NCBI GenBank assembly: GCA_008632985.1
Contig: QPGO01000242.1
Span: 62,001 to 119,903 of the forward strand
Length of the DNA stretch: 57,903 nt
Direction: 5' to 3'
Source: Psammoneis japonica
Lineage: Eukaryota
Part shown: in pieces, positions 10,471 to 22,972 of the stretch
How the letters are laid out: each line of letters opens with the position of its first letter
Numbering within the stretch: the first letter of the stretch is position 1
Notes under the pieces: model-generated
Told to the model about the DNA's origin: nothing
Databases searched by the model: none
Seen by the model: the letters and a program-made list of their open reading frames with translations, nothing else
Made by a program: the position numbers and the translations under genes

Positions 10471-12719
10471 CTCAGCTGCACTTTCCCCGGGAATTCCCAG
10501 GGAATTCCCCGGGAACACCCCAATTTCCGTGCTCATCTCGTGGGAATCCAAATTCCCGGGGAATCTGTCATGGCGTCAGCAATTCACATGCTCGCGCACA
10601 GCCTGGTGTAAATCACACATGGGAATTCCCCGTCTGGCTCCCCTTTGTCAGGAGCAGCGGACAGACACCATCTCTCCGTTTGCTGCTTGCCAAAACACTC
10701 CACACAAAAAGCAGCGCCATGGCAGATGACGACGACAGCACCCCACTGGGGGCCACGATCAACTTTGCCACAGGAGGCATGAACTCTGCTTCAGCATCGG
10801 CTGCTGTTGCAGCTGCATCGTCTCTTTCCAGATCTGCGCATGATGGCAGTGCTGGTGCCGATGCCGATGCCTCCTCTGCACAAGTGGAGGAGCTTGGAGC
10901 CATTTCGAGCATCTGGAACGATGAGTGCGTTGAGAAGACAACTCGCAACAACAGCAATGGATGGTTGTGCAAGTGGCGCAACACTCATTTCTCAGACAGA
11001 AATGCTGCAAAGGCTCTCGCACATTTGTGCAGAATGAAGGGGCAGCACGTCAAAGGCTGCAAGGCAAAGATGAGCAACGAGCACCAGGCAAGGCATCAAA
11101 GCATGTGGCAGCAGTGCACCGACAAAAAAGAGGCAAAAAAGCGGACAGCAGAGGGAGTGAAGACTTGCATGGAAGAAGGCCAAGCTGCTGCTGTGAAAGA
11201 GTTGCAATCCCGCAAGAAGCAATGCTTTTGCTTCGCGAAGCACCAATCAAAAACAAGACATGGTGACTCGCTCAAATGAGGCTGCACTTCAGATGGCGAT
11301 TGCTGACCTGTGTCATGCTGAAGGCCTTCCATTCAACTTGGCTCAGAAGCCGAGGTTCTGGCGCTGCTTGACTTTAGCAAAGTGCGTTGGCAACGACTTC
11401 AAGGCGCCCACACGCAATGAAATTGGAGGCCCGCTTCTGGACATAAAATGCAGACGCTGCACGGCACAGAATGAGCAGAAATTGCTTGCTGAATCGAGCG
11501 CGTTCGGCATTTCTCTCCTCGGAGATGGGGCGACAGTCAAGCGGATGCCATTGGTCAACGTTCTTGCACATGCGGCATCCACTGCACCGATGGTGCTGGA
11601 GATGCATGATTGCACTCAACACATGGCGGAAGGAGGGAAAAAAGATGCGCCACACATTGCTGACATTTTCTTGCCACACTTTGTTGATTTGGATCCTTGC
11701 AAGGATGTTGTCGACTCAGCATTCTTTGACGGTGCAAAGAATGTGGCATGCCGGGTCACCTCAAAACTTCTGGGGATCGGTCCTGCCGAACGATCTTGGG
11801 GTGATGTGGAGCACCTCAAGAGCAATGAGCGGTCCCATCTGAGCGCTGACTTGACGGAAAAACAATCGATCATCCATTCAACGGCTCGGCTTGACAAAGC
11901 ACGCATCAAGTGCAACGAGGAGTCAAAACACAGTCATGATGGATGGGGAGATGACGACATTGGCTTTGACCTTGGATTGGAGAGGTTTGGCGTGGATGCC
12001 GCAGAATTAAAACTTCCACCAAAGCAGCTCTTGATCCCAAAGAACAACGACAGCGTCGCTGAGGCAAAGCTGTTGGAGAAGTGCCGCTCAATGGTCTTCT
12101 GTGATGTCAGCTGCAAAATCACTTGCACCATTGTGGACAACAACCTCGAATTTCAAAAGGGTGGAGGTGGTGGGTGGTGCGCAATTGGAGTGCCGCCCGA
12201 GTGCGATGGAAGCATTGAAAGGCTTCTTGAGCCACACCTCATTGACGAAAATCTCATTGACATGATCGCAGAAACGGCTCAGCCAAGTGAATCAAATGTT
12301 GAGTTGATGAAGCAAGTGGAAGAAAATGAGGATGCGGAGTCAAGCAGCTCTGGCGACAGCAGCGAGCAAACATCTTAGAAACACATGCAACCAGCAAGAA
12401 GCAGTGGCAGAAAGCAGGTGTGAGGAGCAAGTTTACAACTGAAATGCACCATGATCATCCTGGTGACCGCATTGATGTGTGGTGGTTCTTGCATCAACAA
12501 ACACACCACGCAAGGTCTGTGCTGCAAGCTGCGAGCCATTCCCACTTTTCACGAGCTGTTCCCGCTTTTTGTTCAAATCTGGCTCCCCTCCCACGCCCTT
12601 TCGGGGAGCGTCTCCGCCCAAATTCCCGGGGAATCCCGGGGAATTCCCAAGCAATTCCCCATTGTTCCCCATTCCCCTGCCATCAAGGGGAACTTCAAAA
12701 AGGGGAAAGCGCAGCTAAG
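10471..12719 (+). mobile_element. hAT DNA transposon, internally deleted
   Basis: 18-bp TIRs CTCAGCTGCACTTTCCCC (10471-10488) / GGGGAAAGCGCAGCTAAG (12702-12719); perfect 8-bp TSD GTGGTGTC (10463-10470, 12720-12727); subterminal GGGAATTCCC repeats at both ends. Confidence 0.93.
10719..12378 (+). pseudogene. hAT transposase remnant (BED-like finger, N-terminal catalytic region, C-terminal dimerisation region)
   Basis: WLCKW...NAAKALAH...C; MAIAD..H; GDGATV; GGKKDA; FFDGAKNV fused directly to ACRVTSKLLGIGPAERSWG; frameshift near 11260. Confidence 0.85.
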
Positions 12720-12965
12720 GTGGTGTCATCTCGTCTCAAATGGCGGCCCAGTCTTGAGTGGAATCATCTCGAGTGGCAAATGTCATCTCGACGGGCACAG
12801 CACTGTGCTGTCTCCAGCAGCAAATGCAGCATCTGGTCTTGAGTGGTGTCGTCTCGAGCGGCAAATTTCTTGTCTCAAGTGGTGATGTGCCGGCATCATC
12901 TTGAGTGTTGTCGTCCGCTGAAGTCTTGAGTGGCATCATCTGGTCTGGAGTGGTGTCATCTCTGG
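12720..12965. repeat. Degenerate minisatellite, right part
   Basis: Same core as 10238-10470. Confidence 0.65.
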
Positions 12966-13422
12966 CAGCGAACATCCAGAGTCTCCAGCAGTGTCCAGCA
13001 GAGTTGGCGGCAGTTTCACCACAAGATGAATCCCAGCACAATCTTCTGACAGCTGCTCCAAAGCATGTTGCGATGGATCCAGAAGCGCGGCTTGTCTTTC
13101 ATTGGTGCCAAATAAAACTCTGACAACAAGCAATGGCCAGCTGTGAGGGAACATGCAATGCCAGCAAGGACACTCCCACACAACAGAGCAACAGCTTTGT
13201 GCTGCACTCTGACCCAGTTGCTTGATGTCCCGCCAGTTTCTGCCAGCGGGATTGGCGCGCACTCTTCAGAGCAAGGATGCACTGCAACAATGTGGTTGCT
13301 GACAACAACTTGTTCAATGTTGTGGAGAAAAATGGAGTGGCTGGCTGTCTCAACATGACCCAAATGACAGCTGTGCTGTCGAACAGCAACACTCCTCTCA
13401 TCATTGCTGTGAAAAGATCAAG

Positions 13423-13878
13423 ATGTCATCTCCAGCACCACCGGCAAAGAAGAGAAAGAAAAATGAGACTGTTGAGCCAATGAGCCCAAGACTTCAGGCA
13501 GCGTTGAAGAGAGCAGGCACGCAGGCAGCGCGTGGTGCACTGAAATCAGAAGTGGAGAAGGTGGCTGGAAATGATCTCTTTCCACAGGTGAAGTTTCTCA
13601 GTCTGTCAGAGTTGGCAAGCAATGGGAGCATCTCAATGTTTGTCAAGAAACAGATTGCTGGTGGCAACATGAACACTTCAAATTGGTCAGGAGCTTGGGA
13701 GGAATGGGCAAAAAAGGCGGCAAAAAGGCAAGTTGACAATCACAGAAACACGGCGTCTTGGGCTGTTGGGGCGGAGGCAATGGCCCGCAAGTTGGGTGGC
13801 CAATGTGTGTGATTCGAGAGTTGCGTGTGTCTCACAAGAAGATGACAGCGATGCTCCATCTGCACAGGCATTGTCACC
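13423..13878 (+). pseudogene. Multi-copy unknown ORF fragment with basic NLS-like motif (PPAKKRKK)
   Basis: Same frame stays open in copies at ~16340-16800 (+), 42830-43320 (-), 45275-45693 (-), 54210-54650 (-); family not recognised. Confidence 0.5.
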
Positions 13879-14659
13879 AAGAAAACAAGCATGTCTTTTC
13901 AAGGAAAACAAACATGTCTTTTCAAGGAAAACAAACATGTCGTTTTAAGGAAAACAAACATGTCGTTTCAAGGAAAACAAACGTGTGTTTTCAAGGAAAA
14001 CAAACATGTCATTTCAAGGAAAACAAGCGTGTCATTTCAAGGAAAACAAACATGTCTTTTCAAGGAAAACAAACATGTCGTCTCAAGGGAAACAAACATG
14101 TCTTTTCAAGGAAAACAAATGTGTGTTTCTAAGGAAAACAAACATTTCTTTTCAACGAAAAAAAACATGTCGTTTCAAGGAAAACAAACATGTGTTTTCA
14201 AGAAAAACAAACATGTGGTTTCAAAGAAACCAAACTTGTCGTTTCAGGGAAAACAAACATGTCGTTTCAAGGAAAACAAACATGTCATTTCACGGAAAAC
14301 AAACATGTCGTTTCAACAAAAACAAACACGTTGTTTCAACAAAAACAAACATGTCATTTCAAGGAAAACAAACATGTTTTTTTTTAAGAAAAACAAACAT
14401 GTCTTCATTTCAAAGGAAAACAAACATGTCTTTTCATGAAAAACAAACACGTCATTTCAAGGAAAACAGACATGTCTTTTCAAGGGAAACAAACATGTTG
14501 CTTCAAGGAAAACAAACACTCCTTTCCAGGAAAACAAACATGTTGTTTCAAGGAAAACAAACAAGTCATTTCAAGGAAAACAAACGTGTCTTTTCAAGAA
14601 TGACAAACATGTCATTTCAAGAAAAACAAACATGTCTTTTCAATGAAAACAAACGTGTT
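13878..14659 (+). repeat. 23-bp satellite array
   Basis: Tandem units. Confidence 0.96.
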
Positions 14660-15042
14660 GCGTTCCAGCCCTGGGCGGGACTTCGTGCGACATTGGGCCC
14701 GCAGAATTCTGCGTGCGAGCTCCGCAGCACGAGAATTTAATCAATGGATGTGTTTGTCTTCAACATCAAACAAACGGCCAAGTTTGTGGCACAATCATGC
14801 CTCTTGCCACTCAACGTTTTTGCAAATGCACCTGCCCTGCACAATTCTTAAGACATTGTAGAATCGCGCTGCAACAAAAAATGTCAAAAGTTGTTGGATG
14901 GATCGCTCAACAAGTGCACCATAAAATGACACAAAATGTCAAAAAAACACGCAGAAATCTACGTGCTCGACATGCGACGTGATTCAAAAAACTGTCGATG
15001 TCACAGTTCAGCAGTGCGAGGTCCCACCTGGACCTGGAACGC
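14660..15042. mobile_element. MITE-like element with imperfect ~29-bp TIRs, embedded in satellite
   Basis: Left GCGTTCCAGCCCTGGGCGGGACTTCGTGC vs reverse complement of right end GCGTTCCAGGTCCAGGTGGGACCTCGCAC; TSD unresolved; partial or related copies at 38010-38160, 47062-47250, 55948-56243. Confidence 0.6.
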
Positions 15043-15219
15043 GTCAAACATGTCGTTTAAAGGAAAACAAACATGTTGTTTCAAAGAAAACAAATGTGTC
15101 TTTTCAAGGAAAACAAACATGTCTTTTCAAGGAAGGAAAACAAACGCGTTGTTTCAAGGAAAACAAACATGTCTTTTTGACAAAAACAAACATGTCTTTT
15201 CAAGAAAAACAAACAACTT

Positions 15220-15540
15220 GGAGCACGCCAAGAAAGCCTTGATGACAGTTGGCCGTTTTGGCATTTAACTCAGGCGAGCCATCCAGTTCAGGCCTGTTTC
15301 CCAAGCTCAAGGGCGTCGACGCATTTGTCGGAAGACACCTGTCAATTTGCTTGAGCTCCAACTCAACATCAGCCAATGCCCATTTGACTCAAAGGTCAGA
15401 GGACATGGCCCAGCATGCCTTGCTTTCCAAGTCAGACAACTGGCACTTTCTGATCTGGGTGCCCAAGCGCTCCTCCGGCTCGCGAACACTTCTGTCCGTG
15501 AGCGTGCACCCAGTGCTCACTCAACCCATGATCTTGAAGT
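15220..15540 (-). pseudogene. Copia reverse transcriptase C-terminal fragment
   Basis: Inverted sister of 55452-55770 (EP..LGTQIRK...WAMSSD...RPELD...CHQG). Confidence 0.8.
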
Positions 15541-16338
15541 TGCGGACCCCTGCCTGGGCGTCACTCTGAGGGTGTTCTTGGCGGCCATCAGACCAATGCT
15601 CCACCTCTTGGAGAGCATCTCCAGCATGACAGTTGATGCACGACTCAAGGTCAACAGTGCATGCACCCCTTTCCACTTGGCACAATCCAGGTGGATGTCC
15701 AGATTGTTCCGTTCATGTGGCCGGTCTCCCCCAGTGTCATTGTGAGATGCACTGGCCTGAGCAGCCAAGCAGCGATGAAGAGAATCATCATCATTTGCAC
15801 CCACAATGACGCTCTCATTGTGGTGGGATGTCTGACACGAACAAGCCGAAGCAATGCACCTGGTTGCACTCATCATTGTCAGCTGTCCACCGGACTTTGA
15901 CGGTCCTTGGCACACACTGACGCATGCGCGCTCTTCCTCCTTTTGCGCCATGGCATCAGCAGAAGGTTCCCATCCAAAGGATGGTGTCAGTTCCAGCCGG
16001 GGGAGGTTCTCCATGTCCTCCTGAGTCAGCTGGGTGTGAGTCAAAGACCAAAGCAACACCTTGCGCGTGCAAATGCACCCTGATTTTCAAGTCAAGGAAA
16101 ACAACAGAGTGCGCGCTGTTGGGATCAAACTGGCGAGGGGTGTCGTGGACAGTCAGCTCACTTGCTCACAGTTGGCTGGGGCACAGCAGGGTGTCAGTCA
16201 TTCTTTCCCTGAAAAACACAGCCTCGTGGGCTGGCAGTGGGCGTGGCTGTCCATTGGCTGGATCAACCCACATGGCAGCAGCCACGCAAATGGGGACATT
16301 CCTCATTGGCGCACACTCTTCGGAGCAAGGATGCACTG
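15540..16338 (-). pseudogene. Copia protease-to-pre-integrase fragment, second diverged variant
   Basis: WVDPANGQP...LLCPSQL, LELTPSFGWEP, LSKRWSIGL..AKNTLRVT; sisters at 54650-55450, 46095-46375, 39985-40165. Confidence 0.8.
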
Positions 16339-17656
16339 CAGCCCGAGACTTCAGGCAGTGTTGAAGAGAACGGGCATGCAGGCAGCGCATGGTGCACTGA
16401 AACCAGAAGAGGAGAAGGTGGCTGGAAATGATCTCTTTTCACAGGTGAAGTTTCTCAGCCCGTCAGAATTGGCAAGCAATGGGAGCGTCTCAATGTTTGT
16501 CAAGAAACAGATTGCTGGTGGCAACATGGACACTTCAAACTGGTCAGGAACTTGGGAGGAATGGGCAAAAAAGGTGGCAAAAAGGCAAGTTGACAATCTC
16601 AGAAACATGATGTGTTCGGCTGTTGGGGCGGAGGCAATGGCCCGCAAGTTGGGTGACCAATGTGTGTGACTCGAGAGTTGCGCGCATCTCACAAGAAGAT
16701 GACGGTGATGCTTTGTCTGTGCAGGCGTTGTCACCAAGGAAGAGGGAAAGGAAAAAGAAAAGAAACTCAAGGCGGCAGTCAAGAGGAAAAAGCAAGGCAG
16801 GAAAAAGTCAAGCCATGACAAGAATGAAAAGAAAGACACCCCGATTGTGCCGACATGGGATCCGCCCAGCCTGGACACTGTCGCCGGCAGCAAATGAAGG
16901 AACAAGCAGGCACGCAAGCGGTTCTGTGATCACACCCCTGTTTGCAAAAATTGACAAACCAAGGATTGTGTGGCAATGCAATCACAGATTGGCACATGGC
17001 AACAAGGTGGAGGCAGAAATGGCGATGTGGGCACAGTGAAAAATGGCACACATGATTTTCAACGAGTTGTTGTGACATTGGCGCAGCAAACTTGCAACCA
17101 GAGGTTGGCCTGTCATTGTGCGACAACAATTTTTTGCAACATTTTGACAAATTGTCATCATGCAAATCCACACATTTTTAACATTTCGTGCACTCTGATG
17201 CGTGTGTTGTGCACAGCATCATCACACAGCATTTGTCCAACTCTCCCTCTCATTGCAGGATGGGTTGTCGCCATGTGGCGCATCTGCACAGTGGACTTGC
17301 GAATTTGACCATGCACTCCCTCTGTCAGGCAGGATGGGTTGGTGCCATGTGGCGCATCCGGCCAAGGGAGGAGTGGGTTCGAAGCCCAGCCGCCCACCCC
17401 GGATGGGGTTGGAAAGGGGCAGGCCGAGAAAGAAAAGGAGGCTTGGATTTGAGGCCAATTCGAGCCAGCGACCTCAGGAAGCGCAAAGACTCACAACCAC
17501 TCAGAACACTGCACACTGTCCTGGTGAGTGCAGGAGGTTCTCAACAACCCAAGAGGCAAAGAAGTTGCCACTCAGCCAGCTGTTGGGCCCCTTCACCGCA
17601 CACACATTCAGGCATGTGTTGTGCACAGCATCATCACACAGCATTTGTCCAACTGA

Positions 17657-18610
17657 ACATGTCCTTTCAAGGAAAACAAGCATGTTTTCCTTGAAAAGAC
17701 ATGTTTGTTTTCCTTAAAAAGACATGTTTGTTTTCAGGACATGTTTGTTTTCATTGAAAAGACATGTTTGTTTTCCTTGAAACCACACGTTCATTTTCCT
17801 TGAAACAACACATTTGTTTTCCTTGAAAAGACACATTTTTTTTCCTTGAAACAACACGTTTGTTTTCCTTGAAAAGACATGTTTGTTTTCCTTGAAATGA
17901 CGTGTTTGTTTTCCTTGAAAAGACGTGTTTGTTTTCCCTGAAAAGACACATTTGTTTTCCTTGAAAACACATGTTTGTTTTCCTTGAAACAACGTGCTTG
18001 TTTTCCTTGAAAAGACATGTTTGTTTTCCTTAAAAAGACATGTTTGTTTTCAAGACATGTTTGTTTTCATTGAAAAGACATGTTTGTTTTCCTTGAAACC
18101 ACATGTTTGTTTTCCTTGAAATGACACGTTTGTTTTCCTTGAAAAGACACATTTTTTTTCCTTGAAACGACATGTTTGTTTTCCTTGAAAAGACATGTTT
18201 GTTTTCCTTGAAACGACATGTTTGTTTTCCTTGAAAAGACATGTTTGTTTTCCTTGAAAAGACTTTTGTTTTCTTGAAACACACATTTTTCTTGAAATGA
18301 CACGTTTGTTTTCTCTGAAAAGACATGTTTGTTTTCAAGACATGTTTGTTTTCCTTGAAACCACATGCTTGTTTTCCTTGAAACGACATGTTTGTTTTCC
18401 TTGAAAAGACATGTTTGTTTTCCTTGAAATGACGTGTTTGTTTGTCTTGAAAAGACACGCTTGTTTTCTTTGGAACAACATGTTTGTTTTCTTTGAAACG
18501 ACGTGTTTGTTTTCCTTTAAAAGACACGCTTGTTTTCCTTGAAAGAACATGTTTGTTTTCCTTAATTGACATTTTTTTTGAAATGACACGTTTGTCTTTC
18601 TTAAAACAAC
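17657..18610 (-). repeat. 23-bp satellite array (inverted)
   Basis: Reverse-complement units. Confidence 0.96.
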
Positions 18611-19270
18611 ATGAGTTTGCCTTGAATTCTGCACAAGAACGCACTGACGGAAGCAAACCAACACGATTCCATGTGCAGGAGAACAGCATCTGCACCCCAC
18701 AAGAAGCTCACGCCTGTCCCCAAGTTCAGTTGGATCCATGAGACTGCAATGTGCAGCAATTTGTGGGATTGATCCTCTCCCAGATGAAAATGTGTGACAC
18801 CTCTGGAATGCTTGAGCAGCACCCGCAATTGAGCAACTCCTTTTTTGATGTCTGGCGGTCAAAACCTGCCACCGCCAAGAGCTTGCGGGCCACACAAGAT
18901 GAGCTAATTTGTGTTTCAGCTGCGCCCACATTTGACAATGTGACCCGCGCTGCTCTCTGTTCAGCGGCAAGCAACTGTTTGGTGAGAAAGGTCCAGCCAG
19001 GGAGAACACAGGTCATCAAGGAGAGATGACGTGCACGGCAGCATCTCCATGGTTCCACATGATCATGTCAACAAGATCAAAGGAAAAGAGCTGTTGCTCT
19101 TGTGTCAGAGTTTCTTCAACTGAGTCCTCTGGGTGCCAATTGGAGCCAAGCATTGTCTGAGGGTTTTGTGCGGAGCACAAGCTGAGAGTTGAGTGCCAGA
19201 GCGGGACTTGAGCCTGTCTGCAAGTTTTGGCGGCGCTGCTCCATGCCTGCTTTTGCTTGGTTTGAGGTGG
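18605..19270 (-). pseudogene. Diverged LINE ORF2 fragment (homologous to ~7200-7810)
   Basis: QLSACAPHKTL...TQLKKL; LLHIAVSWIQLNLGTG; sisters at 30210-30600, 43325-43595, 44285-44622, 51405-52070. Confidence 0.8.
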
Positions 19271-19514
19271 GGTGTTTGTTTTCCTTGAAAAGACACGTTT
19301 GTTTTCCTTGAAATGACGTGCTTGTTTTCCCTGAAACGACGTGTTTGTTTTCTTTGAAATGACATGTTTGTTTTCCTTGAAATGACATGTTTGTTTTCCT
19401 TGAAAACACGTGTTTGTTTTCCTTGAAACGACATGTTTGTTTTCCTTGAAAAGACATTTTTTTTCCCTTGAAACGACATGTTTGTTTTCCTTGAAAAGAC
19501 ATGTTTGTTTTCAC

Positions 19515-22500
19515 CAATCAAAGAGAGAGAGGGAAGAGATGTCGGGTGTTGAACCTGTCACCTCCTCTTCTGGGACTCGTCCTCCCATGTCTGACACACT
19601 GGCTGCAATCATGCGTCGGATGTCACATGCCCATTTGGCGCTGTGGGACCAAAGTCGTCTGTGAGCACCAGTCCAGCGCAGAGTCACACGGGCTCTTTTC
19701 TTCAACTCACAAAATGGATGCCTCGGCCAGGTTCTGCCAGGGGCTGCATGGAGTGGACACCTCCTGGTGCATCCTGTGTTCCTTGCAGATCTCTTTGGTC
19801 TGGCCTTCCGCCATTTCCGGCGCGCCATCCGACACAAGGACCTGCGGTGTGCCAACGTCATGCACAAATGACATGACGGCATCTGGGTGGTCCTGTTTCC
19901 TCTTCCAAGGATGGAACCTGTCACACCCTCTTCCGTTGGCAAGTGCGCTTCCTCCCATCTTGCCATGTTTCAATTTGACCTTTGAAAACATCTGGTCAGA
20001 GTGTGGTCGTCCCTTGACAGCAGGGAACTTGAGCCAAGGGGCTTTCTTCCAGACTTTCCATTCAGATGGTGTGCAGACATTGCGGACCCCTGCCTGGGTC
20101 ATCACTCTGATGGTGTTCTCAGCAGCCGTCAGGCCAATGTTCCACCTTTTAGAGAGTGTCTCGGGCGTGACAGTTGATGCACGACTCAAGGTCGACAGTG
20201 CATGCACCCGTTTCCGCTCAGCACAATCCAGGTGGACATCCAGGTCATGCCGGTCGTGTGGCCCGTCTCCCTTGGTGTCATTGTGGGAGACATTCACCTG
20301 AGCAACCATGCAGCGATGCAATGAATTGTCGTCATCAGCGTCCACAATGACGCTCTCGTCATGACAGGACATTTGGTGTGAATGGGTGGAAGCAACACAC
20401 CTGGTCACATTCATTGTCGTTGACCATCCGCCCGACTTTGCTGATCCTTGGCGCACACTGGCACATGCGCGCGCTTCCTCCTTTTGCGCCATGGCATCAG
20501 CAGAAGGCTCCCATCTCGGGGGTGATGTGAGTTCCAGCCGGGAGAGGTTCTCCAGATCCTCATTTGTTGGCTCGTGTGAATCAAAGACAGAGGCAACGCC
20601 TCTTGTTCGCAGCGGCACCCTGATCTTCAAGTCAGGGAAAACAACGGAGTGCACGCCAGTCGGATCAAACTGGCAAGGGGTGTCGTGGACAATCAGCCCA
20701 TTTGCTCGCAGTTGGTTGGGGCACAGAAGGGTGTTGGTCATCTTGTCCCCAAAAAACATGGCCTCGTGGACTGGCAGCAAGCACGGTTGTCCATCAGTTG
20801 GATCAACCCACACGGCAGCAGCCGTGCAAACAGGAGTGTTCTCCATTGGCGCGTGCTCTTCGGAGTGGGGGTGCACCACGACAGTTCTGTCGATGTCAGA
20901 GCACATCACAAAATTGGACCCAACAGCACACGTGTCAGCGTGCGAGTCTAAATCAGTGGTGGCTTCATCATCTGAATTTCCAGCAGATGACAAAGAGACA
21001 CACACATCCTTTGAGAATCACCCAGACAAACAAACAGTGCCAGCAGGTTTGGCGACATTTGGTTCTGTGCCTTTCAGTGCTGGCACAACTGTTCATTCCT
21101 CATTCTGAGGTTTCTCATGTGTGCTGCATCCAAACTGGGTGCCTGCATTGGCGGCAGGTTTGCCAGGCTCGTCGGAGTCTTTCGGTGCATCAGCAGGTTG
21201 AGCACTCTGGTCGGAGATGCCCTTCAGAAAGTCAGAGACCTTCTTGGTCTCGGCCACCAGTTCATCAAGCTCAGACAAGTCGTTGTGAGCCTTTTGATGA
21301 CGCTGAGTGTGCTGGTCAAATGCAAATCGACCCCGTCCAGTGCACTTCGCGGCAGCAATCTGTGCATGAGCATGGTTCTTTTGGGTGGTGGCGGCAGCTG
21401 ATCCTTCCGCCTGCCTCTCAAGTGCAAAGAAAGCAGTGCGACCATCGCGGCTGCGATTGGAAGGTTTGACAAAAGCCCATCCGGGCCCCCCCATCACTGA
21501 CTTCTTCAGGAGATCATGCAGTCGTTGCCTGTCCTGTGCATGCTGAGCGCCCGCAAGGCGGGTGGCAGCAATGAGGTCCTCGTCAATGGCAGCGCAGGTG
21601 GCAGCCAACATCTCGGCGGTGACTTCCTCATGTTCCCCAGCTGGACAGATGAGGGGAACTCCGGTGACGGTGCTGCGGTGGTGGCGCAGTTCAGTCTCCA
21701 GCAACTCTTGGAAGGTGGGCCAGTTGTGTGGGTTCTTGAGCTCCACGGCCGTTTTGGCAGCCAATTCGTCGTCCGAGTCGGCGGACTTGAATTGCTCCAG
21801 TTCCATCAGACGTGCCGCCCATGTTCCAACAACGTCGCCAGCGAAGAGAGCAGCGGTCGGCTGTTGGTTCCGGGCTCTGCGGCAGTCAATCCATGCGTGC
21901 AGTGCCTTGAGCTTTTGATTCACCAGGTGTGGAAAGCGGACTTGAGGGCTGGCAGCAGCACCCACGCTTTTCATGGTGCCCTTCGTCATGTCGGCAATTT
22001 CAGTCAAAGGGACCTGCTCCAGGTCCTCGACAGCAGTGAAGCCTTGACGGGCCATGTGGGTGCGCGTCTGTGCACTGTGCCCACAACGCGCAAGACAGGT
22101 GGCAAAGGCTGCAGCAGCGGCCATGGCGCATCAGCAGTTGTTCGCATTTCGATGCGCGAGCATCCACTTGTGTGAGTGGAGGAAAGTGAGAAAAATGCAT
22201 GGCTCTCGTGCCGATTTGGTGGTTTCTGCTTGGCAAACCCATGAGCAGGCGGTGTTGCTCCCAAGCAACAATGTCCAACAGACATGCGTCCACATGTGCA
22301 GTGTCCAAACAATTTGATGATGCACTTTGATTGATGACATGTGTGTGGTCAAATGACAGACAGTGCACAAATCATTGTGTCGTCTTCATCACAAATGTTT
22401 GCGTGTCTCATCCGACATGTTCCATCCACATGATCAAACATTTCGTGTGATGACGTCATGTCTGATGGATCACAGCTCTGGTCTCCAAGAGCATGTTGTT

Positions 22501-22851
22501 CATGTCCATGAATGTTGACACACACAAAGGACTCAGCAATTGCGCGAGCAACCATGGGACCAACATGGCGCTTGCCACAAAAATCAATTGATCGCAACGA
22601 TGCCGTCACACCATTTGCAATGCCCATTCCAGGCGATGAACATCACAGCGCACTGGCTCTGACAAAGTGACCAAATGCCGCCATGATGGCTGAGAATTGG
22701 GTGCAAGACAAGACAGAGTGTTGAGCAGCATCGGCAGGTTCTAGAATTGTGAGATGTTGCGCCATTGGGGCCGCTGATCAAGCAACAGTGAACCAATCGC
22801 TGACAGCACACAAACCGCCTGTGTTTGTGACAGCACATCAGCATTTGTTCA
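19515..22851 (-). mobile_element. Ty1/copia (CoDi-like) 5' half, copy A: LTR, gag, protease, integrase
   Basis: gag 22124-21093 (GVPL, GPGWAFVK, DGR, ETKKVSDFLKGI); protease DLDSHADTC; integrase SDQMF...LVSDG...SPWQNLAE...TPDIS..FDW; LTR start TGAACAAATGCTG. Confidence 0.92.
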
Positions 22852-22972
22852 AAACGACATGTTTGTTTTCCTTGAAACAACATGTTTGTTTTCAATGAAA
22901 AGACATGTTTGTTTTCAATGAAAAGACACATTTGTTTTCCTTGAAATGACATGTTTGTTTTCCTTGAAACGA

